From positions 372,001-436,000 of the forward strand of contig JASANG010002214.1 in the NCBI GenBank assembly GCA_030248215.1: DNA of 64,000 nt, in the 5' to 3' direction. The translations under genes were made by a program, and so were the position numbers. Shown here one piece after another: positions 38,087-50,509 of this stretch. Source of the DNA: Enoplolaimus lenunculus (Eukaryota). The first letter of the stretch is position 1. Each line of letters starts with the position of its first letter. The notes beneath the pieces were generated by a model. The model made no database searches. It saw nothing but the letters and a program-made list of their open reading frames with translations, and was not told the origin of the DNA.

Positions 38087-41000
38087 ATGATATTAAATGT
38101 TGTACCAGTTATCGAAGAATTGTTGGAATTTAACCACAGAATAGTATCATGTGTAATTTATTGGGCTTCTGAGTTGTTACTTCTGATACAGTTTATCATT
38201 TCTCGTTTTGCAGATCTTCTTCATTATGTGATTGAATTGTATCAATCGCTGTGTGTGGGCATTATACGCAGCTTCATATATTTTTACTCAAATACGTCAA
38301 AGGTGAGATAAAATGCATAGGGAAACCCGAATTTTTGCATTGGTGTTACTTGACCGATATTGGACTGACAAAACAAGTATTTCCCTTTGAGCATTTGACC
38401 CGAAACTTAACTTGTTTAACAATTAAATATGTGGGTTGTGTACATCTGTGGATGCATTCTCAATAGCAGTGATCCATGAGAAGCTGTTGCAGTTTATGCC
38501 AGTCAACCGCTAGAACTAATATGCAATGAACTAAGTAGGGATCGACCGGATCCGGATCCGGGCCGGATCTCTGCAATTTTTAAGATCCGAATTCGGATCC
38601 GGTAAAATAAACTACCGGATCTCCGGATCCGAAATTTGATATATACAAACAAAAACATACCAAAATTGGTGTATGTATTTCAACTATTCTTACGTAATCT
38701 AATAAGCACTGTGTGAGCATTAATGCTTTGTTGGAATGTCAGGTTAATGACATCCTCGTGGAGACCAGTGTTGTTACGGAAGAAGAACAAACATAAAAAT
38801 TTTAAAGACTTCTTTGTATAGTTGCTGTAAGTTTTGTTGACTAATTTTGCGAAACAGTCAGTTGAACTTTTTGTATTTTATATACGTTAGGTATTGAAAA
38901 ATTATCCAGCTAGTAAGATCCGGATCCGGGCCGGATCTGAATTTTAAGATCCGGATTCGGATCCGGTAAATGCAAAATTTTGGATCCGGTCGTTCCCTAG
39001 AACTAAGTAATCACAAGATAATTTGCTAGCATATCACATTGAAAATAGGGATGTGTCGGTACCAAAAGTGTTGCTGATGTCGATAACTACGCCGGTTTTT
39101 ATTTTGAAAATATGGCCACCGATATCGATTCCAATTTTAATACATTTTCAAGTGCAAGAGAGAACGGCTTCCCTATTCAGTCGCACCGATATATATACGC
39201 CAGCAGATGAAATTTGTAGCATTCCAACTCACTGTTATGTGCAAAAAGTGTCGGCAAAGAATTGGCAATTTTTTGCAGTACTGATGCCGACACTCACAGG
39301 AAGTGCCGATTATTTCCGACGTCGATGCATATTAATTGGCACATTTTTAATTGAAAACACGAAAATACAATTTACCGGATCTGGAATTTGAAAAATACCG
39401 CAATCGGAAAGTGAAAAATAAATGACACCGAAAAATTCATTTTATTTTTCTTTTTTGATATATTATTGGTGCAATAATCTTAATTCACAATAGGTATGTG
39501 TTTATTTAATTTGGTGTATTTTTGATTTTCATTATCGACGAAAGCGAAATCTACCTTCGATGGTTTATTTTCGGTGATTATCAGGATTAATATATACGTA
39601 CTCTACTAATAAAGTCTATTTTATTGTTATCGTCATGTTTAGTAAAATGCTTAATTTCCACCGACCAAAGTTTAGTGACAGAATTTTTAATTCGATTAGA
39701 GTTTACTCAAACCGGAAGGTGAAAAATGTCAGAACCGAAATTCCAGTTGCACCTTGATTATGTTAGTTCAATTTAACTGTTGGTTTCTGTTTATTTTAGG
39801 CGTTTACCGCTGGTGATGATTCGATAATGAACGCGTTTTATGGAGCTAGACAGTTTTTTCATCAGGCTGGTATTTTAATGTGGCGGATGTGGTCTATATT
39901 TTTTCGTTGTTTGTACATTATTATAACAGCTCCGTTTCGAATTGCGTACTTTTGTGTAAAAACCACTATAATGGCTATATGGAACGTATCGTTTGCAATC
40001 ACTCATTCCGCACTTGTTGTTATCCGACTAATTCCGAAACGAAGATCAAAGAACCAGCGATATCAACTCTATGATTATGTTTGTGTGATAGCGGTGTGGA
40101 TTATTGCTGCAGGTGTATTGCCGTCAATTTTTTATTTTGGCCTGCTATAGATACTTGCTGGCGCTGTACTTTTATTTATTCTTATTACTTTAAGCAGTTT
40201 TCAGCAACTTTATTTAGACGATAAAACGACCTAGGTAAATATAGTTGCCGAGTGTAGTCCACCGTGGGATGTTACTAGGGAACGACCGGATCCAAAATTT
40301 TGCATTTACCGGATCCGGATCTTTAAATGCAGATCCGACCCGAATCCGGATCTTACTAGCTGGATAATTTTTCATTACCTAACGTATATAAAATAGAAAA
40401 AGTTCAACTGATTCTTTCGCAAAATTAGTCAACAAAACTTTTTATGTTTGTTCTTCTTCCGCAACAACACTGGTCGCCACGTATATGTAATTAAAGGGTT
40501 AACTTTGAAACTTATTCCTGAAAAATATGTCTCTGATTACTAATTACTACACTTATTGCAATCACGCATTTTATGGTGAATTTTAGCCTCACGCTTAGAA
40601 ATATGTTTGTTCTACTGCTACAAACATTTGTTCAAGAATATCCACTGTTTTGCTAAATTTCACTGCCCTTTTAAGTATATAAGTATAAGTATTTGCCAAG
40701 CAGTTTGTATAACTAGCTATGAAACTTGCAAATACATACACATTTATATTCAATGTGTTACATAGGTATTTCGTATAGACATTCCAAAAAAGCATCAATG
40801 CTCACACAGTGCTTATTAGATTACGTACGCATAGTTGAAATACATACACCAATCTTGGTATGTTTTTGTTTGTATATCAAATTTCGGATCCGGAGATCCG
40901 GTAGTTTATTTTACCGGATCCGGATCTTAAAAATTGCAGAGATCCGGATCTCGGATCCGGTCGATCCCTAGATGTTACTATGCTTTGTGGAACAACGCAA

Positions 41001-42383
41001 AATGTGCGGATGCTAGGTTTGAAGCAAAATTTGCCGATGCTAGGTTTGAAGCCGAATTTTCCGATGCTTGGTTTGAAGCAGTATTTGATTAAGCGATGAA
41101 ATTGCAGATTTTAAAGTAAGCTATGAAATAATGTCAAAATTTTTTTAAATATGTAAAGTTTTAATTTGAAAAATATGTGCGAATGGTGCAAAGGTAATCA
41201 ATGAGCGTACTGTTAAAAACTACACTACATGCGTAACTTACCGATATTTTCGTTGTTGCGTTATAATACTTGGTATAAACTCATAAATTTTTGCCAAGGT
41301 AGTCGGTAGATTTTAAAACACAAACATATTTGTGTTAAATCCTGTTTTCTTAACTTCAGCTATTGTTCTCTATTTTCGTCGCGAGATCACCCGTCTATGC
41401 TACAAAATTTGTGTTCGAACGTTTAAAAAGTTTGTTCGGTGTTTACATCATCTGTCGCGTCGATTCTGGCGTTATTTTGGGCGATGGATTGAAGCAACCC
41501 TTATTGTTTCGATGCCTTGGCTCCGAGTTCCTTTGTTTATCATTCGTCTTGTATACAGGCCTTGCCTGATCATTATTGGATACATCGCAAATTATTTTGG
41601 AATTACTGTTAACAATAGCAGTCAGCAGGTACGTAACTATATGCTGAGGGTTCTTCAATTGGGCCTCTGTGATATTTCTTAGTATAAGGCTGAGAGATCA
41701 TTTTTTATTTAGTTTTGTGATCATGGTATCAGTTAAACTGTTTTGATTGAAGACTCATATAACACTACGTCGTAGACAGGGTGTATACTAGTCGATGAGT
41801 ATATGATATAAATTGTTTTCATGACGTAGATCTTTCACAATATTATGCTTCCATTCTAATATGTATTATTGTGTATTTGCAAATTTGCTTTACATTTCAG
41901 TCTGAAATAAGACCTCCTGATCGCAGCGGTCGTCGTGAACGCGTAATTGAAGATCTTGCCGCTGAATCTGTGACATTTAATGGAAACCCAATGCGTGATC
42001 GATGGGATTTCGCGCAGGAAACGGTTCGGCAACAAAACGGAAATCAAAGTCTTTCCGGGTCATCTCGAGCTAGTCATGACAGTTTTGAGTCTGACTCGGT
42101 AAACCATTCTGTATCACCGCTTAATCGCTCAGCTTTAAAACAAAGGCATGCTGGGTTAGGAACTGGCTCAACCCTTGATCCGAACGGCAGCAATATGGTG
42201 AGCGATTCCTCAGAAAGACTTATGTGTGTCGTATGCCAAGATGCAGAACGATCTGTCGCACTTGTTCCATGTCACCATTGTTGTTGTTGTCGTCCATGTG
42301 CGGAAGCCCTTACAAGTCGTCCCGACGGTTCGTGCCCCATTTGTCGCGGAGATATCACTCGATTGTTGAATATATACCTATGA
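38087..42383 (+). CDS. RNF26: RNF26-like multi-pass membrane RING E3 ligase (about 426 aa)
   Basis: Exons 38087-38302, 39800-40112, 41360-41628, 41901-42383 (phases 0,1,0; 1281 nt). Hydrophobic N-terminal half and a C-terminal RING CVVCQD...VALVPCHHCCCCRPCAE...CPICRGDITRLLNIYL resembling RNF26 (..LNVYL end). The start codon and exact orthology are inferred. Confidence 0.78.
38536..38999. mobile_element. hAT-type MITE (TAGGGA..GACCGGATCC family) in RNF26 intron 1
   Basis: Perfect 8-bp TSD GAACTAAG; TAGGGATCGACCGGATCC / GGATCCGGTCGTTCCCTA; GGATCC subterminal repeats. Confidence 0.92.
40276..40970. mobile_element. hAT-type MITE of the same family in opposite orientation, in RNF26 intron 2, with an internal insertion
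   Basis: Perfect 8-bp TSD GATGTTAC; reverse complement of 38536-38999 apart from an extra segment beginning after TTAA at 40491-40494. Confidence 0.92.
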
Positions 42384-44425
42384 ATCTTTATACTTTGGCA
42401 AGAGCTATGGTAGATTAAATGATTGCGTTGCTGTAGTATAATGTGATGAAACGTGTCCTTGGACCTGGATGTTTTTAAACGGAAGAGCGAAGGACTTCAA
42501 GATACGACTGGACTGTATGGCAGATCCTTGTGAAAATCAGAAGTCTTCGGGCGAGAAAGAATTATTGTTTGACTAAATATAGTTATAATCGTGAATTTAC
42601 GAAGAAGTATTATCAGTTTTATGGAAACTCATATTTTGCAACTTTTGGCGGGAATCGCTGAATTATGAAATGTTATGAACTTCATCGTTGTTAGCGTTTG
42701 CGCACACTTTACATATTACATTCATTATGATTAAAAATGCCAAAGCATTTGGCAAGTCTACTACTTGATTGTTTTACTGCCCATGTTAATTATAAGCTCG
42801 TACCCACCTAGCCTAAATGCAAAATTAAGCGCTAAGCCTAAACATAAGCATAAACGTCCCAGTCTCAAGTACTCAGTCTACCTGTCTCCCAGTAGGTAGG
42901 ACCTACAATTATCAAACCTTTTAACAAATGATTTATGTAGCATCAGTGTGGGTTAAATGATTACAGTGTTTGTTTTAGTGAGTTTTGGCAAGTTTCGATG
43001 CTTTAAGATGTTTGGATACTTATAGTCCAGCAAGTCAAGGTATGTATCCTTAATTCTTATAGCCTAAACATCCAATCTAGTCTGTTCGGTATCCACAGAC
43101 TGTGTTGTTTTGCAAATTAGAATAATTTTATTATACCTATTGTCTGTCGGTCAGAATTTTTTATCAAGCGGGAGTCTCAGAAATGTTTGAAAGTATTTTA
43201 TGCATACGAGAATATGATCCAAGTAAAGTTACGCGTCGAGTTTTGCAGTTCAATGTCTTCATTGGTAGAGCAACTATGTTGAACTTGGGCTGCCTTATGC
43301 AGCTGGAGTATGGGGGTAGGCCTCCCACTACTAGACCCAAAGGACCTGACGGAGCGAAATGTAGTTTGTATTTTTAGTACCTCAAAATTCATGTAGACGC
43401 AAAAATTTGCTGGGTATGTGTCCTTCATTAACCTAGAATAATGCGCAACGTTAAAATGAGGGATTGCAATGTAAATATGGCGTACTAAACTTCAAATCGG
43501 CATATTTTCCAGTATCGGCACATCCCTATACTTGATACTGGTGGCAATAATACTGAAAAACTCTGGAAATTGTAAATAATTTTTGTGCTTGCAAAGGTTG
43601 GGCTTACACATGTGGGGGACATCAACTGGGATTGTAAAAGCTGGACCTCGAGCGGGATACAACCAGAAATCCCGTTTTTGTTCGATCAGGCGAATTCCGT
43701 TGTATCAATATGAAGTTCAGCGTTTACTAAACGTTTGGTGCATAGCCTAGCTGTAGGCTGGCGGTATGTCTTGCAGTGAGCAGTGTAATGAACGTTTTAA
43801 TACGACCGCTATCTTACTGCGTGTTCTGCGTACAGGTATCTGGGGTGCAACCGCAGGTGGAAAATACAAGTTTAGCAACACAGCGGGATTTGCTGGCGGT
43901 TCACAGCGTTGAATTTACTAATTTTAACAACATGGTGAAGTTTCGCTTGCCGTACTTTAGAATCTGTATAATACACGCTGTGTTGCTCGCCAGCTCACCG
44001 TATACTACCCTCATGGACCATCGTACCTCAATTTGCATATTTGTCACTTAATAAGCTGATGTCATTAGAATTTTTTGGCTAAATTTTCAAATTCGACACT
44101 GAAGCTACACTTATGTTACGTACCAATTGTGACTGCAGCAATGAGTTATGTATTTACTTAGGGATAATTTGAGATCTGATTCCGGAATTCTTCTACCTTA
44201 ACGAAAGTTATTCTGATTTTTAAAAATAGGGTATCGTAAATGATTTTGTAAAGCTCAAAACATAAATTATTGTTAAAATTTGCGAGTTTACCTCATTTTT
44301 ACTGATTTGATTTTGGATTCACTCTCAGTTTCATCATTACAGTAATGTTTCGTTTGTTTATCGGTGTGTTTTGGTCCACTTGCGGTTTCACTTTAGTAAG
44401 TAGCAGTATTAATTTTGTTTTCTCG

Positions 44426-46495
44426 ATGACCATTTATCATATCTTTATTATAAATCGAGCTGGTAGTTTAATTTTTGACTATGATAATTCGCCGGCTCGG
44501 ATTCAAATTGAAAAAACATTTACATATCCATTGGACATTAGACTTGATAACGTCGACAGTCGATGCAGTGTAGTGTTTGGTGCTCGTGATGGGATTCGTG
44601 TCGGATATGTTGTACTCGCAGTCAATGGAGACTCAGTATCAGGTAATTTGGTTAAATATGGTTTTATTCTGGTTTTTTTCAAATTGTGTTTCTGATTTTG
44701 TAGCAGCTAAGCCTAAGATTTAATGGAGTTGATTTAATTGTCCGCTACTAGGTTTCAGTGCAGTTAGGGTTTCGCGATACTCGCCACGCGCCACCTGACG
44801 CGGGCGTGCGGCACAGTAACAAATTTTCATTAACCACCACCGGCATAGTTAAGTTTAGCGCCCGATATCTTACGTAGACAGACTTACTCTGTAGTATTCG
44901 TTTCAAAGGCGGAATAAAGCATAGACAATATTTATTCAATTTTGTTATACAACACATTCATTTATGCAATCTGGAATGCCCGACAACACTTAGAAAACGA
45001 AAGTATTGAGTTACTAACTGTCGAAGCATTGCAGAGAAATATTTTTAGAAATTTGTGTCGGATAAAGGTTTATAGCGAATGAAAAGTTTTTTCAGTTTTT
45101 TAAAATTTAGTATTACGAAATAAGTAAACAATTGGTTTTAAGGTTAGATGGAAACGTAATTAGATGAGGTTTTAAATGTGCTTTGTTGTCAATATCTTAC
45201 TATAACTTTGAGTTCAACATGAAGTATGCTAATCATATATGATGGGTTAAAATGACGTTTCAAAAAATGCTTATGCAACTAAATACTGTTAACTAAATTG
45301 TTTTATAGGCACAAAAATGAAGTCTGGCGAACAAATTCTGACGTATCTGCAAAACGAATCAAATTATCCGTTGAATATTAAGTTTGGTCGTCCGTTACTT
45401 GCGAGCAACGAAAAAATTATTTTGTCGTCAATGTTTCATTCCTTTTACGCGATTGGATCTCAGCTTTCTCCTGTGCCCAAAAGCTCTGGAATTCAGGTAG
45501 TTCTATGGTGTGTTTGGTTTTATAGACAGACATGTTTAAAATAATTGAGTGATATGCGCGACTGTGTTCTTGGAAGGAAGGTCGGGCTATAGCTATGCGC
45601 TCTACAGCTACTGGCACAAGCTTGACAACTCAGTAACCAACACCTGCCAACGATGCAAGCTGACTCTTCACGACGCACTACACCTGTTCTCATGCCCGCA
45701 AAACAGAACTACGCTGACCGTCTGGGACCTCTGGATGAGGCCAATCGAAGCTGCTGCATTCCTACGCATCTAATGGGCCCACAAATGGAAGGAAACGTCA
45801 ACACAACAACAAACAGCAAACAACAACAACAACAAACAACAAACAGCAAACAACAACAACAATAGCCGCTAATTGGTTGTTTTAAGCTTTTCTCTCCGGG
45901 ATTTGTACCATTTCAACTGATATCTATTTTTCAAGGTTAAGTTTGGAACCCGGAACACAGGGATCGAGGTGTTACCATTATCGCTCTGTTATAACATCTC
46001 GACGGTCGGAACGGAGGGTACTTTTAAGTCTTGTAGAGAATTTGTACTGCACATACGCGTATAATGAGCACTATGCAGAGTGTAGTATTTTGTATACACG
46101 TTTTGTTCACTAATGGCATATGATACAGTTTGCGAGTAAATGGTTAAAAGCATGGATTGAAGACGCGATAACTTTCAATAGTGTTATTTAACAAACTGCA
46201 CATACTGAATTGCACATGATTTACAAACCGATTAAACTGTTTACAGACGTTAGAAGCCGATACGTTTCGATTGGAATGCTTTCAAACGCTCACCGGTAAC
46301 AAATTTGTCGTTGTTGCTGATCCTCATCAGTTGAATTTGGATCAATTTTTGCGAAAGCTCTACGAGCTCTACGCTGATTACGGGCTGAAAAATCCGTTTT
46401 ATTCCCTTGAACAACCGGTACGGTGTGATTTGTTTGATGTTGCCGTTCAAACGTTACTTGAACGCTTTGATCGGACTGGATTGTTGAATATTTAA
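44426..46495 (+). CDS. TRAPPC4: Trafficking protein particle complex subunit 4 (Trs23/synbindin)
   Basis: Exons 44426-44642, 45309-45496, 46247-46495 with consistent phases. Motifs MTIYHIFIINRAGSLIFDY...IEKTFTYPL...FGARDGIRVG; SNEKIILSSMFHSFYAIGSQLSP; LEADTFRLECFQTLTGNKF...YELYADYGLKNPFYSLEQPVRCDLFD. Confidence 0.96.
45549..45863 (+). mobile_element. 5'-truncated non-LTR retrotransposon (LINE) 3' end in TRAPPC4 intron 2
   Basis: RSGYS..L.SY...CQRC...HDALHLFSCP...LTVWDLWMRPIEAAAFL followed by a stop is a CCHC zinc-knuckle ORF2 C-terminus. It is followed by a CAA-rich tail at about 45800-45863. Confidence 0.75.
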
Positions 46496-46892
46496 CATTA
46501 TTATATCTGTGATATGTATATCTAGTGTAGAAAATTGATTTGACTGTTGGTTAGTTGGTTGGTTACATGATGGTTCCAACGATCACTGAGACAATCTCTC
46601 GTTGTATGCGCTGGATTTTGAATTTTGATTAATATAAAATTCCGATTTTGATTCCGATTGCAGGTATAATCGAAATCATAATCCTTCATCGTTTCTAAAT
46701 TGTATTAGTTGCAATTATGACTATGTATTGCGCCCTGCAAATTTTGAGGTGGTAATTGTGCGAGAGCTCACATAGGGAAATACTGTTCTTGAGATTCGGT
46801 TCATCGTAAGGTGATAGCATATTTATTTATCTAAACTTGGGAACGATCATGGAGCAGGTTGATGGATTGATATCTTGTTTGTTCGAAATATT

Positions 46893-47081
46893 GGCCAATG
46901 TAAAGAACATGGGCGGAACAGTATCATAAGCATATTCTTAAGGGTAAGCCTAAGGTTAAACCGTAATAATAAGTTTATTTCTAGGCTAAGCCTAAACCAA
47001 GCAAAAAATTAGTCTAAAGCTCAAGCTTATTCTATTCTAGTCCTACAGAAAAACGTTGCGCTCCTGATCTTTACACGGGCC
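46893..47081. mobile_element. Telomere-repeat MITE copy
   Basis: GGCCAATGTAAAGAACATGGGCGG ... CTGATCTTTACACGGGCC; TSD GAAATATT/GAAATTTT (7/8). Confidence 0.82.
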
Positions 47082-48337
47082 GAAATTTTTCTCACTGTGG
47101 TTTTAGATGTATTAGCTCAAATTATACCGCTCGCTGTGCAATGAAATGAATATGATGACAGGTGTAAAAACTTGTCTGGAAATGTATTGCGGTTTTTGAT
47201 ATCTATGCCAGCTTGTGTGGTTTATCGATTGTGCTTCATGAGAATAGGAACTTGTGTTTGAAACGTATTGTTGTTTGATCAACGCTCAAAGACCTACTGT
47301 TTATTGTGTTTTAATTAATTTCCTTTACATGTTTAAGTAAATTATGCTTGTTTTTATTGTTTTTATGGTTAATGTGCGTTTGGAATTATCTAAAACAACT
47401 GATCTATTCAATCCGATGTAAAACAATTTTGCCTCAAGCGCTTATATACTAGGCTACGCTGCAAAAAAAATTGTGAGACAAATTCACTCTCCGAAATCGG
47501 CTCTGCGGGACTACACAATCTGAGTCCAATTCGGCTCCGCCAGAGTTAAACGTGCAACTCAGTGAGTCGAATTTGACTCTGGAGTCGGCATCGGCAAAAT
47601 TTCAAAATAGGATCGACATCAGCAAAAATCTTGGTATCGGCACATCCCTATAGTTTTAACGCGGTTTATCATTGACTGGTCAATTTGTGTCACTCGTGTT
47701 ACTGTACGTGTAGCTTGAACAACGAACATCCTCCGTAGAGTGAGTTTATTTTATACCAGTTTGATTTTTAGGGCTTGCATTTGTCACGCTCATAAATGTA
47801 TGGTCGATCACGTGATCATAAAGGGAACCGCTGGTTATACGAGACAATGTTTTGAAATTTTTCAGTATTGCGTTGCACTTATTAACTGGCTTAATCAATG
47901 CGCGTGCAATTACCAGAAAATTGTTTGCTCTCACTTGCGTGTTTTAACAGTTAAGATATGGTCGGCCAATATTCGAATTTGTATTTTGCAGAAGTGTATA
48001 AGCTTAAATGTTGCTATATGTTTGCTGCTTGATTTGAACATGTTCAAAAGTTGAGCTAGAAAGTCTCTTTTGTTCACGTAGGCAGACTAGGAGGACAGGG
48101 CACTCACGTCAACACTGATTTTCAGTTTCACTGTTCATATGACATTACCGGAGTAAGCGGCATGACTGCATATCCGTAATATTCGTTTATCCTAGCGTTA
48201 CAATCAATATCACTAGCCAGCGCGCTTAATGGCAATCGATGTGTAATTTAGGGGTTGCTAAATATTTTATGATTTATTGCACTTACTGATTGCGCTGATC
48301 ATTTGCTACATGACATAGTATAATCGCACAGTTCACT

Positions 48338-50509
48338 ATGAGCGGTGGACTTTCATCTCAACATCATAATTTGCAACGCATTCCAGATCAACTTGGCCTA
48401 CTTGTACTCACAGAAGAAGGTGCTATTTTAATGGTAATTTGGATGAACACTGAAAAAATTTTAGCCAAATTCGAATTAATCTATAATTTGCTGAATCAGA
48501 GTTATATAAAGTGCAGAATCGAACAGTGGATAGTTGTCGTTCCATCGAATCTGTAAACAATTCTGCAAAAAATTGTCTGATTCTTAAGGTAATGAAGATA
48601 ATATAAAAAATTTTTATGATAAAAGCTTCAACTCAAAAGTGTTTTTGCCAGTTTGGATCGCCAGTTTGGATAAAATGCCTTGAACAAAGTTTAACCAATC
48701 GGGATTAAGGAATTAGCTAACACTTTGATACTAGTTTTTGCGTTGAACTCATATCGGTTTTGGCAGTGCGGTTTTTGAAGTATACTTCATACCAAAAATC
48801 ATTTTTACAATAGCGCTTATCATTTAAGTTTGTTAGTGTCGCGCATTTTACAATAATTTTGTCAACAGTGCCGCCACGGCTGTAAGCGTTGGGTTATGGC
48901 ACAGGGCTATTATTATAAGACCATTTTCCAAATGGTCCCGTGTGGTGCGGTGAACAAAGTTACTGTAAACTTCGCTTCCCTTATCAGTGGTTTGCTTGTT
49001 TTACAGTTTTAATGCACTCAATTCAATAAATTTTGTGCACTTCACTTCATCCACATTAAGATTATGTGTGGTTTAAATGCAGACGAAGACTTAGTCAATG
49101 AATGATACTGAAGCTTAGGTAAGACTGTTCATAAGCCTGAGTTGCCTGAGCTCGTCGAGCGAAAGTGTACATAAGCCTTAGGCCCATGTATAGAACAAGG
49201 CCGCAACAGTAGTATAAGCATATTCCTAAGCGTAAGCGTACTGATGAGCCTATTCCTAAGCCTAAGTCTAAGCTTAAGCTTAAGCCAAAAATTAGCCTAA
49301 AACTTAAACTGACTCTATTATAGCCCCTCCGGAAAACGATCCGGCCCTGTTCTATACGTGGGCCGCCTTATCAATGATAACATTCCACTGCAAATTTTGG
49401 TAAATTGCTCTGCATGGTACTGCTTAACTTAGAGTTACTCATCATTATCTCTCTAGCTCATACGGTTTCGCGGCGTATTCATATACTACGTGCTGTAGTG
49501 TCAACATTCTATGTGTAGAGACATTGTAGCGAAAAGTTTGCATGTCCGCGTAGCTCAGTGATTAGAGCAGCGGATCGGAAAAAAGTACGTCGTGGGTTCG
49601 AGCAACACCACATCCGCAGAAAATTTTCGTGCTAGGCTCTGTGTGGTACAACTTAACTTAAAATCCTCTATATTTTTGTATTTATATTCTGTGTTTTTAG
49701 TCTTCTGGCGATTTAGAAAACAATGAACGTCTGGCACATCAGATACATGCATTGGTTCGTCGAATAATTCCGGACAGCTCCATGGGAAATATTGTTCGAT
49801 TGTCAAGTAAGGCTTTGAAAATTTACTGTATATATCTTCCCTGTTTTGTGATGTTTGTTCACGGACACTAGCGGATCCAGAAGGGGGCGGGTTGGGGTTG
49901 AGGGCGTACGCTCCTCAGGTCAGGATTTTTTGTGATAAACTGGTACAGTGCCTACAATACAATTTTTTGTCTTCGGAAAATTTTTTGTAAAAAATGATAA
50001 GGTTCTTAAATTATAATTTGTCCCTGTAGATTTTTTGCTGATAAAATGATAAGGTCCCCCTGCCTTAGTATTTTCTTCCCACCAGAAAAGTTTTCGCTGA
50101 AAAATTCCGAATTATAACATTTGCCATCCCGCCCTGTTCGTCAGAATCTTCTGCATCCGCCGCTGTTCACGGGTTTTTAAGTATTTTTAAGTGGTAACAC
50201 AAGCAATTCCCTTGTTTGAAACTGTTGTTTCACCGTAAACCCTTATTTCTAATATGCTGGCTACGCCCAGCCTATTCGTGTACGCATGAGACATCCAGAC
50301 GATATGCGCCTCTAGTTCTAGTGTTCAACAATTGCAACTGCAAAATGTTTGCTGTATTTTCAGTACACTACGACACATTTTTCTATTCAGTCGCACTGAC
50401 AACAACAAAGAAACAACTAGTCGTTGTAAAGCGAAAGAATCCTTCACGGGATCAGGGATCGCCAATCAGACTTTTACGCGATGACGCTACATTAAATCCT
50501 GTGCTGTAA
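48338..50509 (+). CDS. LAMTOR4: Ragulator complex protein LAMTOR4
   Basis: Exons 48338-48433 (..LQRIPDQLGLLVLTEEGAILM), 49701-49806 (SSGDLENNERLA...RLS), 50364-50509 (..VVVKRKN..); phases 0,1. RIPDQLG.LVL and SSGDLEN are LAMTOR4 signatures. Confidence 0.9.
49181..49364. mobile_element. Telomere-repeat MITE copy in LAMTOR4 intron 1
   Basis: GGCCCATGTATAGAACAAGGCCG / CGGCCCTGTTCTATACGTGGGCC; flanked by GCCTTA on both sides. Confidence 0.88.
49544..49615 (+). pseudogene. tRNA-derived sequence (tRNA pseudogene or SINE head) in LAMTOR4 intron 1
   Basis: D-arm/A-box-like TAGCTCAGTGATTAGAGC and T-arm/B-box-like GTGGGTTCGAGC at tRNA spacing. Acceptor and anticodon stems do not close cleanly. Confidence 0.6.
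49866..50165. mobile_element. hAT-type MITE (GCGGATCCAG family); relatives near 26803, 56157 and 60238
   Basis: CACTAGCGGATCCAG ... CTGCATCCGCCGCTG; TSD TTCACGGA/TTCACGGG (7/8). Confidence 0.72.

Noticed and set aside
49544..49615. Functional tRNA gene
   Set aside because: Acceptor and anticodon stems do not pair properly; kept only as tRNA-derived.
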